Part shown: positions 23,251-33,542 of the stretch, piece by piece
How positions within the stretch are numbered: the first letter of the stretch is position 1
How the letters are laid out: each line of letters starts with the position of its first letter
DNA from: Bacteroidales bacterium
Lineage (GTDB): Bacteria; Bacteroidota; Bacteroidia; Bacteroidales; UBA932
Reading direction: 5' to 3'
DNA: 64,000 bases
NCBI GenBank assembly: GCA_017429475.1
Contig: JAFROX010000006.1
Coordinates: 126,008 to 190,007, forward strand
Program-made: the position numbers and the translations under genes
The notes under the pieces: model-generated
The model's database searches: none
What the model saw: the letters and a program-made list of their open reading frames with translations, nothing else
What the model was told of the DNA's origin: nothing

Positions 23251-25578
23251 ATGAAAAGTTTTTGGAATTTTCTTAAGAAGAACAAGCTCTATGGGGCCAT
23301 CAACATCATAGGCCTCACGGTCTCGATGGCGTTCGTGCTCCTGCTGGCAGTATATGTCCAGCGTCAGTTGTCCACGGATTCTTTCCAGGAGAATGCCGAC
23401 CGGATATTTGTCATTGCCAACGAGAACGACCTTACGATGGGATATTGGCTGGACAAGCATCTGAAAAACCAATTTCCGGAGATTGAGAAGGGATGCTGCG
23501 TCGCCAATATGTCTTCGGCCTCGCCATTCCATATTGACGGAGAAGGAGGAGTGGTTGTCCATGGCCGGATGATGTCGGCCGACAGCACTTTCTTCGACAT
23601 ATTCAGCTATGAACTGGCGGCCGGCAGCAAGGCCGACTGGCACGTTTCCTGGGACCGCTGTATGATCAGTGAGGAATTCGCAAACGCCCATTTCGGGGAC
23701 AAGGACCCTATAGGCAGACAGCTTTATTCCGAGGAAGGCGGCACCAACCTGACCGTCTGCGGCGTGATGAAGGACTTCGGCAACTCCGTCCTCAAGACTC
23801 CGGATGTGCTGGTCCGCGGAGAGATGATGCCGAAGACCAATCCTGCCCACGATGAGTATATGAGCAATGCCGCGGGCGGGATTTGTTTCGTGATGACATA
23901 TCCTGGTGCCGACCTTTCTGCAAAGAAGGGGGATCTGCTGAACTGGCTGGAAGAAAACTTCTGGGTATATAAGAGCAATCACGACCAAGTCCGCATCATC
24001 CCGCTGAGAGAATTGTATTTCCTCGATGAAGGCAATTTTGACTGGTCTGAAACGGTTCAAACCGGCAACCGTGACTTCGTGAACCTGCTGCTGGCGATGT
24101 GCCTGCTTCTGCTGGCCTTCGCAGTGCTCAACTATATAAATATGACAACGGCCCTGACGGGCTTCCGTGCCAAGGAGATGGCCACCCGCAGGCTTGTCGG
24201 AGCTGATAAAAGCGGCATTTTCCTGAAGGTCATTGCAGAGAGTACCATCATCTGCGGCATCTCGATGCTGCTGGCCATCCTGCTGGCAGAAGGGCTTGCG
24301 CCGCTGGCTTCCCGTCTTCTGGCATATCCGGTATCCATTTTCAAGGCAGTGAGTCCGGTTAATGTGTTGCTGGTGCTGGCATTCATCGCTGTGCTCGGCA
24401 TCTTGGCCGGCATCGTTCCCGCATTGCTTATCCAGCGCGCCCAGCCCATCGAGATCGTCCGGGGAACGCTCCGGCTCAAGACAAAAACCGTCTATAGCAA
24501 AGTCATCATCGTCCTGCAGAATGTGGTTTCTGTCGTGATGCTGGTGAGCGCCCTGACGATGGGCCTCCAGATCCGGCATCTGATTACGGCCGACCTGGGA
24601 TACAACACGAAAGACATCCTTGTCATCGAAAATGACTTCGGACAAAGCGGCCAGCTCCGCCCGCTGCTGGACCGGCTGAGAGAAGAAACCTGCGTGGAGG
24701 AAGTTGGGCAGGGCAACGGCATTCCGCTGGAAGGAACGAATAACGTCACTATGGAAGTTGGCACCGGCAACTGGGTGTCGTTCCAGCAGATTCAGGGCGA
24801 CGACAAGTATTTCCAGATTCTGGGACTGAAGGAAAAGCAGGACAATCACCAGCGAGCCTGGTGGCTGAACGAATACGCCTTCAAACTGATAGGTATTGAT
24901 GAGTCGGAAACGGAATATGTGACTTCTATGGACGGCAGTTTGCCCATCGGCGGCGTTTACTACGATTTCAAGGTGCGCCCGCTCGAATCGGCCCAAAGCG
25001 CGGCAATGGTCTACAACTGGAAGGAAAGTCCGGATGACAATTACCCCTGGGTGCTGGTGGTCAAGACCAACGGTGACCAGAATGCCGCCCGCAAGAAAGT
25101 TGAGGCAGTTGTGGAAGAAGTGTTCCCGGGCAGAGCGTTCGTGGGGGCATATATCGAGGAGATGATAGAAGACGGCTTCAAAGACGAAAGCCGCGTGCTG
25201 AACATCGTGCTCATCTTCACGCTGCTGTCCATTCTGGTAAGCGCGCTGGGTCTCTTCGCTATGAGTTCATACTATATGCAGCAGGAAATCCGCAGCGTGT
25301 CGGTCAAGAAGGTCTTCGGCGCCGAGTATTCAGGCGTGCTGAAGGATCTGGTGCTGGCGTTTATGAAGATGATGGGCATCGCCTTCGTCATCGGAGTGCC
25401 GATTGCCTGGTTCATTATGAACCGCTGGCTCTCGGGCTACGGCCACCGCATCAGTCTCCACTGGTGGATTTTCGTCCTGGCCGGCCTTGTAGTCGCCCTG
25501 ATTGCCATCATATCCGTTCTCTACCAGAGCGTCAAAACCGCCCGGACCAATCCGGCAGAAGCATTGAAGAAAGAATAG
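23251..25578 (+). CDS. ABC permease 1, MacB/FtsX type with two (periplasmic domain + FtsX) halves
   Basis: 775 aa. N-terminus is MKSFWNFLKKNKLYGAINIIGLTVSMAFVL. FtsX cores are at roughly aa 280-400 and 650-770. The C-terminus is KTARTNPAEALKKE. Confidence 0.85.
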   Translation: MKSFWNFLKKNKLYGAINIIGLTVSMAFVLLLAVYVQRQLSTDSFQENADRIFVIANENDLTMGYWLDKHLKNQFPEIEKGCCVANMSSASPFHIDGEGGVVVHGRMMSADSTFFDIFSYELAAGSKADWHVSWDRCMISEEFANAHFGDKDPIGRQLYSEEGGTNLTVCGVMKDFGNSVLKTPDVLVRGEMMPKTNPAHDEYMSNAAGGICFVMTYPGADLSAKKGDLLNWLEENFWVYKSNHDQVRIIPLRELYFLDEGNFDWSETVQTGNRDFVNLLLAMCLLLLAFAVLNYINMTTALTGFRAKEMATRRLVGADKSGIFLKVIAESTIICGISMLLAILLAEGLAPLASRLLAYPVSIFKAVSPVNVLLVLAFIAVLGILAGIVPALLIQRAQPIEIVRGTLRLKTKTVYSKVIIVLQNVVSVVMLVSALTMGLQIRHLITADLGYNTKDILVIENDFGQSGQLRPLLDRLREETCVEEVGQGNGIPLEGTNNVTMEVGTGNWVSFQQIQGDDKYFQILGLKEKQDNHQRAWWLNEYAFKLIGIDESETEYVTSMDGSLPIGGVYYDFKVRPLESAQSAAMVYNWKESPDDNYPWVLVVKTNGDQNAARKKVEAVVEEVFPGRAFVGAYIEEMIEDGFKDESRVLNIVLIFTLLSILVSALGLFAMSSYYMQQEIRSVSVKKVFGAEYSGVLKDLVLAFMKMMGIAFVIGVPIAWFIMNRWLSGYGHRISLHWWIFVLAGLVVALIAIISVLYQSVKTARTNPAEALKKE

Positions 25579-25600
25579 AAATACAATAAAACATATAACA

Positions 25601-26281
<681 letters not shown>

Positions 26282-26320
26282 GTGCGCCCGCCGTCCGGTA
26301 TTTACGGACGGTAGGAGCAC
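26282..26320 (+). repeat. Intergenic hairpin repeat, copy 1
   Basis: GTGCGCCCGCCGTCCGGTATTTACGGACGGTAGGAGCAC. It starts at the first base after the ATPase stop, and the CCGTCCG/CGGACGG stem is extended by flanking pairs. Confidence 0.8.
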
Positions 26321-26332
26321 TAAAGAACAGAA

Positions 26333-28669
26333 ATGAGATCAAAAAGCGATATTTGGATCAAGGTACTGTCCCTGGGTGTGGGGCTGGCGGTGGGCATCGT
26401 GCTCATTGCCAAGGTGTTCTTCGAACTCAGTTACGACAGCTTTTACAAGGACATCGACCGGGTGTACACGATTCGCACCTGGTACTCACAGCACGGGGAC
26501 GAACACGATTACGGGCAAGTTAGTGGAGCCGTATCTGTGGGCTTCATGGCGGAGGTCCCCGGTGTCGAAGTCGGTACACGTACGACTTATGTTTTCAACG
26601 GGGATACGTACCTGGATGAGAACGGAAATAAGCTGAAGGCCACCCTGGTCTGTGCCGATACCTGTTTCTTCAAGGTCTTTGACCGGCCGATCCTCGCCGG
26701 TGACCCGGTGAAGGTGTTGGGAAAATGGGGCTCCGTGATGGTGAGCCGGAGCTTTGCGGAGAAGATGGGTGGCATCCAGGAATGCATTGGCAAGCAGATT
26801 GTCAATGCTGATATGGATGGTCTGAAGCTGACCATCGAGGGCGTTTTTGAAGACTTCCCGAAGAACGGTAGCCTGGATTACGACATTCTTCTCTCGATGG
26901 ACACCTACGGCAAGCAGAGCACGGACAACTGGCTGGGCAATGACCGTTATAAAGGCTATGTCAAACTGGCCCCCGGTGTAAATCCGAATACGCTCACCGA
27001 TGCCATCCGCAAGATGCAGGAGGCGCATCAGCCGCTGGAGCAGATTGAGGCACAGGGAACCAGCCTGCGATACTTCCTGAAGCCGTTCAGCACGCTGCAC
27101 ACTTCCGACCCGGATGTGAAGTCCCAGGTAATCCTGCTCTCGATTGTGGCGGCGCTGCTGATTCTGATTTCCCTCCTGAACTACATCCTCATCGTAATCT
27201 CCTCCATGGTGAAGCGTTCCAAGGAAGTTGGCGTGCGGAAATGCTATGGAGCGGAGAGCAAACATATTTACGGGATGCTAAGTAAAGAAGCAGTGCTGCA
27301 TATTGCGCTCTCTTTGGTACTGGCGACTATCATCATATTCGCCGGCCGAAGCATCGTAGAGAACCTGCTTGGGGTTCCTTTCCAGACACTGCTGGTGCCG
27401 CAGAGTATCGTGGCCATCGCAGTTGTGATCCTCTTTGTGTTGGTGATTTCGATTGTGGTTCCGGCCGAGCTCTATCAGCGGATTCCGGTCTATGCCGCAT
27501 TAAAGAACTATACGGAGAATTCCCGCAACTGGAAATTGGGGTTGCTGGGTTTCCAGGTGCTCATCAACGTATTCCTGGTGGTGATGATGCTCATCATAGG
27601 CCGGCAATACCAGAAAGTGTCCCATGCCGATACAGGTTACGACTACAAGAATCTGTACTACTTTGACATGTTCGACGGAGACCGGCAGGCGTTGACGCGG
27701 GCACACCAGACACTGAAAAGTCTTCCGGAAGTAAGCGCTGTGGCAGCCGCCTACAATCTACCATTCCAAGGCTCCAACGGTGATAATGTTTATCTACCTG
27801 ATGACAACCGGGAACTATTTAACATTGCAGACCAGTATGAATGCTCTCCAGATTTCTATGACCTGATGGATATCCAGTTTCTGGAAGGCCGTGCACCCCG
27901 GGACTCCTCTGAAATCGTAGTGGACGAAAAGTTTGTGACCAAGATGGCGGAGTTTACAGACTGGAGCGACGGCGCCGTTGGCAAGCAGGTGTTCATTACG
28001 GGTCACGACAGTTCGAGCGATACGGAAAGGCGGTATTTCACCATTTCCGGCGTGTACAAGAGTTACCTCATCGGCAACCTGACCGGCGTGGATCCGCGCC
28101 CCAGCGCACTGTTCTATGGCGAAATTGGCTCAATGAGTTCCTGGATGCCGCATACCTTCTTCAAGGTAAGGCCGGAGGCGTTGCCGAAGGTTCGTCAGGC
28201 TCTGGAACTGGCCTTGGAGGGCCGGGAAATCAACATCCTATCCTATGAGGAGCAGATGCGAGCTGCCTATGCCGATAGCAAGAAGATGCGCAATACGATG
28301 GCTATCGGCGCCGTGTTCAGTCTCTTGATTGCACTCCTGGGCCTCATCGGCTTTATCCGCGATGAAAGCCTGCGCAGGAGCAAAGAAATGGCCGTCCGGA
28401 AAATCAATGGCGCTACGACCCGCGACATCCTGAGTGTCTTTGCTTTGGATATTCTGAAACTTTCGACCGTGATGGCCGTGATAGCCTGTATCGGAGCTTT
28501 CTTTGTTGCCCGCAAGTGGCTGGAGCAGTTTGCGGAGAAAGTGTCCCTGAATCCCCTCTATTTCATCGGCTGTGCTGTCCTTGTGCTGCTGATTGTGCTG
28601 GGCGTGGTGGTGATGAACTGCCTGAGGATCGCCCGGGCCAATCCGGTGGAATCGTTAAAGAACGAATAG
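26333..28669 (+). CDS. ABC permease 2, double-FtsX type (subtype B)
   Basis: 778 aa. It has two FtsX cores and a different N-terminus (MRSKSDIWIKVLSLGVGLAVGIVLIA). The C-terminus is IARANPVESLKNE. Confidence 0.82.
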   Translation: MRSKSDIWIKVLSLGVGLAVGIVLIAKVFFELSYDSFYKDIDRVYTIRTWYSQHGDEHDYGQVSGAVSVGFMAEVPGVEVGTRTTYVFNGDTYLDENGNKLKATLVCADTCFFKVFDRPILAGDPVKVLGKWGSVMVSRSFAEKMGGIQECIGKQIVNADMDGLKLTIEGVFEDFPKNGSLDYDILLSMDTYGKQSTDNWLGNDRYKGYVKLAPGVNPNTLTDAIRKMQEAHQPLEQIEAQGTSLRYFLKPFSTLHTSDPDVKSQVILLSIVAALLILISLLNYILIVISSMVKRSKEVGVRKCYGAESKHIYGMLSKEAVLHIALSLVLATIIIFAGRSIVENLLGVPFQTLLVPQSIVAIAVVILFVLVISIVVPAELYQRIPVYAALKNYTENSRNWKLGLLGFQVLINVFLVVMMLIIGRQYQKVSHADTGYDYKNLYYFDMFDGDRQALTRAHQTLKSLPEVSAVAAAYNLPFQGSNGDNVYLPDDNRELFNIADQYECSPDFYDLMDIQFLEGRAPRDSSEIVVDEKFVTKMAEFTDWSDGAVGKQVFITGHDSSSDTERRYFTISGVYKSYLIGNLTGVDPRPSALFYGEIGSMSSWMPHTFFKVRPEALPKVRQALELALEGREINILSYEEQMRAAYADSKKMRNTMAIGAVFSLLIALLGLIGFIRDESLRRSKEMAVRKINGATTRDILSVFALDILKLSTVMAVIACIGAFFVARKWLEQFAEKVSLNPLYFIGCAVLVLLIVLGVVVMNCLRIARANPVESLKNE

Positions 28670-28670
28670 T

Positions 28671-31043
28671 ATGAAAAGCTACCTGAAATTCCTGTCCCGA
28701 AACAAGCTTTACACTGCCATCGAGGCGGTGGGACTGGCCGTGAGCCTGGCGTTTGTCATCCTCATTGGCTCCTATGTTGTGCAGCAGTATGAGGTTGCGC
28801 ACGAGTCGCCGGACTGGAAACGCACCTTCGTGCTGGGAAATGGTGATTTCTTGGGCTTGACTTATTGGGACAAAGAGGAGCTTGAGATGAATGTTCCGGA
28901 AGTAGAGGCGGTCACGCATATGGCCCTCCTCTGGCAGCCGGTCATCCAAAATGATGAGCAGCCGATCCAGGCATCCGGAATCGAGACCGATGCCGACTTC
29001 TTCAAGGTATTCCCCGAATATCATCTTCTGGAAGGAGACCTTGAAGATTTCGTGAGCAAAGAGGACATTCTCATCAGTGTGTCGCTGGCCAGGAAGATGA
29101 GCGCTCAAATCGGACAAGTTCTCAAGGTGGACAAAGAGGACCGAACCATCAAAGGCATTTATGCCGACTTCGACGGAACCTTCTTTATGCCTGCGGACAT
29201 CATTACGAATATCACTGCCACCTGGGCTGCCGGGCAGAGCAAGCAGTTCAACAGCATCGGCAACTACACCACCTGGTTTCGCGTACGGGAAGATGCAGAC
29301 CTCGAGGAAGTGCGAACCAAAGCAAAAACCCTTCTCCACAAAAACTACGATTCTTCCTGGGGTGCAGAACAGGTGGATGCCTGGCGGGCTTACCGTATGG
29401 ATGAAGCCTTCTTTTTCACTGGTGGCAGCGATGGGCTCACCCGTACGGGCAATGCCCAGATGCTGCGCCTGCTCACCGTAGTTGTGTTACTGCTGCTTTT
29501 GTCGGCCATCTTCAACTATGTAAACCTTAGTCTGGCACTTACGGGCAAGAGGTCCAAAGAAATGGCTACCCGCCGCCTTCTCGGTGCCGACAAGTCCGGC
29601 ATCCTCTGGAAATACATCGGCGAATCCGTGGCCTTTACCGCCGTCTGCTTTGCCTTTGCGCTTCTGCTGGCCAATCTGTTGGTACCTATGATGAACAACC
29701 TGGTTTCTACCAGTGATCCGGACGAACTGATGCTGGGCATCGGAGACACCAGTGTAAGACTCTCCTTTATGCTCACGCCCGGTTATATTCTGGCATATAT
29801 AGCCGGTATTCTGGTTCTGGGCGTCGTCAACGGCCTTCTTCCAGCCTTTGCTGCCTCGCGGTATCAGCCTATAGATGTAATCAAAGGCACGCTCAGGCGC
29901 CGGAACAAAATGGTCTTGAGCAAAGTGTTCATCGTGGTGCAGAACGTCCTGTCGGTATTCCTGATTGCCCTGGCCTTGGTGATGGAGGTTCAGATGCAGC
30001 ATATGCTCACAAGGCCGATGCACGCTGCCACGGATAACCTTTTCTATATTGAGTACTCCGCCCAGAATTATGATGAGATGAAGCTTTTCAAGGACAAGGT
30101 TGAGCAGTTGTCATTTGTGACAAAGGCAGGTGTGGGGCGCGGTATTCCTGGAAACATAAATATGACGGTGAGCATCAAGGTTGATGAAGAACATCACTTG
30201 GATATGCCTGTCATTCTCTGCGACAGCACTTATTTCCAGTTGCTTGGGTTGGAGATGGAGGAAGATTTCGGACATCCGCTGGTACATTCGCTCTGGATGA
30301 GCCGAAGCGCTTTCAACGCAGCTGCAGTGTCAGATACATCTACTGTCTTTCCCCGGAGAATCAATATGAACGGTGCCCAGCCGGAATTCATTGGTGGCAT
30401 AGTGGCCGATTATCCTACCAGGCCGGCGTCTGAAAGCAATCAAAACTCCAATGGCGGCGTCATCGTGACCCGGGCGGAAGAGCTCAGGTATGCCAATTGT
30501 CTCCTCATCGGCACCAACGGGGAAGACAAGTCCTATGAGGAACAGATTCTTCAGGCCTACCGGGAATTCCGTCAGGAAACCTCCGGCGTCGAAGAACCCG
30601 CCTGGCGGTATGGCTTTGTGCGTGACATTAACAAGAAGATGCTGGCTCCTGTTCAGAGAACCCTGCGCCTGGTGGAACTCTTTGCAGTCCTTGCGGTATT
30701 GATATCCCTGCTCGGCCTGCTGGCTATGAGCACCTATTTCGCTGATGAGAATACGAAGCAGATCGCAGTGCGGAAGGTGTTTGGCTCTGATGTGTCGCAG
30801 GAAACCCGGCGGGCGGTCCGCAGTTATATGGATCTGACGGGGATTGCCTGCGTGATCGGCATCCCGCTGGCCATCTGGGCCTCAAGAGTTTACCTGGAGC
30901 GCTTTGCCTATCGCATAGAGGGCTATGGATGGGTGTTCGTGGTGGCCGTTGTTATTTCGCTGGCCATCGCCTTTGGAACGGTCCTCTGGCAGACCCTCAA
31001 GGCCGCCCGGACCAATCCCGCCATTGAACTGAAGAAAGAATAA
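28671..31043 (+). CDS. ABC permease 3, double-FtsX type (subtype A)
   Basis: 790 aa. N-terminus MKSYLKFLSRNKLYTAIEAVGLAVSLAFVI. C-terminus LKAARTNPAIELKKE. It starts 1 nt after the permease-2 stop. Confidence 0.85.
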   Translation: MKSYLKFLSRNKLYTAIEAVGLAVSLAFVILIGSYVVQQYEVAHESPDWKRTFVLGNGDFLGLTYWDKEELEMNVPEVEAVTHMALLWQPVIQNDEQPIQASGIETDADFFKVFPEYHLLEGDLEDFVSKEDILISVSLARKMSAQIGQVLKVDKEDRTIKGIYADFDGTFFMPADIITNITATWAAGQSKQFNSIGNYTTWFRVREDADLEEVRTKAKTLLHKNYDSSWGAEQVDAWRAYRMDEAFFFTGGSDGLTRTGNAQMLRLLTVVVLLLLLSAIFNYVNLSLALTGKRSKEMATRRLLGADKSGILWKYIGESVAFTAVCFAFALLLANLLVPMMNNLVSTSDPDELMLGIGDTSVRLSFMLTPGYILAYIAGILVLGVVNGLLPAFAASRYQPIDVIKGTLRRRNKMVLSKVFIVVQNVLSVFLIALALVMEVQMQHMLTRPMHAATDNLFYIEYSAQNYDEMKLFKDKVEQLSFVTKAGVGRGIPGNINMTVSIKVDEEHHLDMPVILCDSTYFQLLGLEMEEDFGHPLVHSLWMSRSAFNAAAVSDTSTVFPRRINMNGAQPEFIGGIVADYPTRPASESNQNSNGGVIVTRAEELRYANCLLIGTNGEDKSYEEQILQAYREFRQETSGVEEPAWRYGFVRDINKKMLAPVQRTLRLVELFAVLAVLISLLGLLAMSTYFADENTKQIAVRKVFGSDVSQETRRAVRSYMDLTGIACVIGIPLAIWASRVYLERFAYRIEGYGWVFVVAVVISLAIAFGTVLWQTLKAARTNPAIELKKE

Positions 31044-31045
31044 AA

Positions 31046-31083
31046 GTGCACCCGCCGTCCGGAGATTACGGACGGCAGGAGCG
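31046..31083 (+). repeat. Intergenic hairpin repeat, copy 2
   Basis: GTGCACCCGCCGTCCGGAGATTACGGACGGCAGGAGCG, followed by the conserved leader AAAAAGAGATAAAAATG. Confidence 0.8.
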
Positions 31084-31097
31084 AAAAAGAGATAAAA

Positions 31098-33488
31098 ATG
31101 AAGAGCTACCTGAAATTCCTGTCCCGAAACAAGCTGTACACCGCCATCGAGGCAGTGGGGCTGGCGGTGAGCCTTGCGTTTGTGATCATGATAGGCTCAT
31201 CCATCCGGGATCAGTTGGGAATTGTTTACAACGTGCCTGACCATGATAATTTGTATCTAGTCGGTCCGGCATCCGGTGGCAGTATTGTCGGAGAATATCG
31301 TGTGAAAGAGGAACTTGCATCCATTCCGGAAATCCGGGAAACAGCTGCTTTCACTATTGAACAGGCTATGGTCCAGATTGCTGGAGAGAATCGATTAACT
31401 GCAATCGGAATGATGGATCCCAATCTTCTGGAGATGATTCCGTTGAGAGTAATATCGGGCAGTAACGATCCCTTTGAAAGCGGGGAAGGAGTTGCTATTA
31501 CGGTTTCGGCTGCCAGACGTTTCTTTCCTGATCGGAATCCGGTCGGAGAAGCTCTGGGCTGGCTGGAAACCCCAACCTCCCAGCCTGTCCCGACCCGGAT
31601 TACCGCCGTTGTCGATGACCCTTCCTATTCCATCCTGGGTGATTTTGATTTCGTCGTGAATCTGCAGTCGCGGCTCTGCCCCCTGGCAACGGAAATACGG
31701 GAATCCGATCTTGGAAATAACGGGCGTGGATATACCGCCTATATTTTCTCCCGCCTTCAAGAAGGCATTCAGGTGGATTCCGTATTGAACGCTCGTATCA
31801 GGAATCTGCACGGTTGGTTCTTGAGCCGGGATGAAAGAGACGCCCGGATGCTGACGGCATACGACGACATTTACTTGTCGAATCAAACACAATACGCCCT
31901 TCGTCAGGGTAAACGGATGTATCTGTCCGTATTGATTGCACTGGTCATACTTTTGCTTGTCTCCGCCATACTGAGTTATGTAAATCTGTCTATGGCCGTC
32001 ACCGGAGACCGCGCCCGTGAGATGGCAACGCGACGCTTGGTCGGAGAAGACCAGCATCACGTTTTCCAGCGTGTGATTGGCGAGTCTCTGCTTTTCGTCT
32101 CTGTCTGCTATCTGTTTGCAATCCTTTTGGCCTGGTGGATTGCTCCGGGACTGGACAGCATCCGTCCAACAGGGCTCAATGTGCCCTTCCGCATCCGTTT
32201 GGACGGAGTTTTCTGGATAATTTCAGTCGTACTGGTGCTTTTGGTTGGAGCGCTCGCCGGTATCGTCCCTGCGGTCGCCTGTGCCTCCTTTCGGCCTCTG
32301 GATGTGGTTTCGGGCAAGATACGCCGTAAACGCAAGATGTACTTCGGTAGAATCTGCATTATCCTGCAAAGTGTGCTGGCCGTTGTTCTGATTGTGATGA
32401 CCATCACACTCGAACGGCAGTTGAACTATTTGAAGAATGCCGATCTGGGGGTGGATATGCAAGAGGACTTGTTCTTCTACATTCCGGGATTTGTCGAGAA
32501 AGGACAAGATTTGAATGCACTGGGTGACTTGTTCAAGTCTTGCCCGCTCGTTCTGGAAATCGGCGGGGCGACAGGATATCCGACGTATATTCAATATATG
32601 ACCTCCGGGACACAGGGGATGTTGAAGACCATCAGGTGCGACTCCACGGCTTTTTCAATGCTTGGATTCCGTCTGGAAGAAAGCTTTGCTCAAACGGTAG
32701 GATCAGTTTTTCTCACCCGTTCGGCGGCGAACAAGTATGGTGTGACCCGTGATAATGCCAATCCGGCGAGTCTGTATTGGGGGTACGAGCGTTATCCTGA
32801 CGCTTATCCCTCCATTGTCGGAGGAATCATTCAGGATTTCCGAACCATACCGGTCAATGGAACGGACAGGTATAACGATGCGGATGCTGTACCTATCGTG
32901 GAGGTGGGAGCTGCAACTGAGTATCCGGGAGCTTTTCTGATTCGGACGACCCCCGACCACCGGGCTTTTGAGAAGTGGTTCAGGGAGACCATCGGGGCGT
33001 ATTGCAAAGAGAAGTATGGTTTCTCGAACGTATTCGATATGGAATATTCGAAAAACGATTATATAGAAGATTTGATTGCCGCGGACCATGACGATATGCG
33101 TCGTTATGTACGGCTGGTCGAGATATTCTGCCTGATTTCCATCCTGTTGTCATTGCTGGACCTTGTGGCGATGAGTTCCCATTATGCAGGTGTCAATGCC
33201 AAGAACATCGCTATCCGCAAAGTCTTCGGTGGCACTGTAGCATCCGAGACCAACAGAGGAGTGCAGACTTATATGTTATGGATCGGGATTTCGCTGCTGA
33301 TTGCCATTCCGATTTCGGTTGTGGTCAGTGAACGTTTCCTGCAGAACTATGCTGAACATATAACTGGTTATTGGTGGATATTCGTTGCGGCCGCCTTGTT
33401 GACCGTGCTGCTTTCGCTCGCCTCCGTCCTCTGGCAAACCCTCAAGGCTGCCCGGACCAATCCGGCTATTGAACTGAAGAAAGAATAA
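31098..33488 (+). CDS. ABC permease 4, double-FtsX type (subtype A)
   Basis: 796 aa, with the same first 30 aa and the same C-terminal LKAARTNPAIELKKE as permease 3. Confidence 0.85.
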   Translation: MKSYLKFLSRNKLYTAIEAVGLAVSLAFVIMIGSSIRDQLGIVYNVPDHDNLYLVGPASGGSIVGEYRVKEELASIPEIRETAAFTIEQAMVQIAGENRLTAIGMMDPNLLEMIPLRVISGSNDPFESGEGVAITVSAARRFFPDRNPVGEALGWLETPTSQPVPTRITAVVDDPSYSILGDFDFVVNLQSRLCPLATEIRESDLGNNGRGYTAYIFSRLQEGIQVDSVLNARIRNLHGWFLSRDERDARMLTAYDDIYLSNQTQYALRQGKRMYLSVLIALVILLLVSAILSYVNLSMAVTGDRAREMATRRLVGEDQHHVFQRVIGESLLFVSVCYLFAILLAWWIAPGLDSIRPTGLNVPFRIRLDGVFWIISVVLVLLVGALAGIVPAVACASFRPLDVVSGKIRRKRKMYFGRICIILQSVLAVVLIVMTITLERQLNYLKNADLGVDMQEDLFFYIPGFVEKGQDLNALGDLFKSCPLVLEIGGATGYPTYIQYMTSGTQGMLKTIRCDSTAFSMLGFRLEESFAQTVGSVFLTRSAANKYGVTRDNANPASLYWGYERYPDAYPSIVGGIIQDFRTIPVNGTDRYNDADAVPIVEVGAATEYPGAFLIRTTPDHRAFEKWFRETIGAYCKEKYGFSNVFDMEYSKNDYIEDLIAADHDDMRRYVRLVEIFCLISILLSLLDLVAMSSHYAGVNAKNIAIRKVFGGTVASETNRGVQTYMLWIGISLLIAIPISVVVSERFLQNYAEHITGYWWIFVAAALLTVLLSLASVLWQTLKAARTNPAIELKKE

Positions 33489-33490
33489 AA

Positions 33491-33528
33491 GTGCGCCCGC
33501 CGTCCGGAATTTTCGGACGGCAGGAGCG
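33491..33528 (+). repeat. Intergenic hairpin repeat, copy 3
   Basis: GTGCGCCCGCCGTCCGGAATTTTCGGACGGCAGGAGCG, followed by the same leader AAAAAGAGATAAAAATG. Confidence 0.8.
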
Positions 33529-33542
33529 AAAAAGAGATAAAA

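Noticed and set aside
22789-24996. 735-aa minus-strand ORF, the second-longest on that strand in the efflux region
   Set aside because: It lies entirely antisense to the adaptor and permease-1 genes, which both have clear motifs. Its translation is H/Q/R/D/G-rich with no recognisable motif, TM pattern or signal. Long open antisense frames are expected in GC-rich coding DNA.
31046-31240. Small ORFs starting at the GTG of the hairpin repeats (31046-31240, 33491-33841, and 38254 for the lipocalin gene)
   Set aside because: They arise only because the conserved hairpin begins with GTG. They run out of frame across the well-supported permease starts. Their similar peptides (M.PPSG..GRQERKRDKNEELPEIPVPKQA) simply reflect the repeated DNA.
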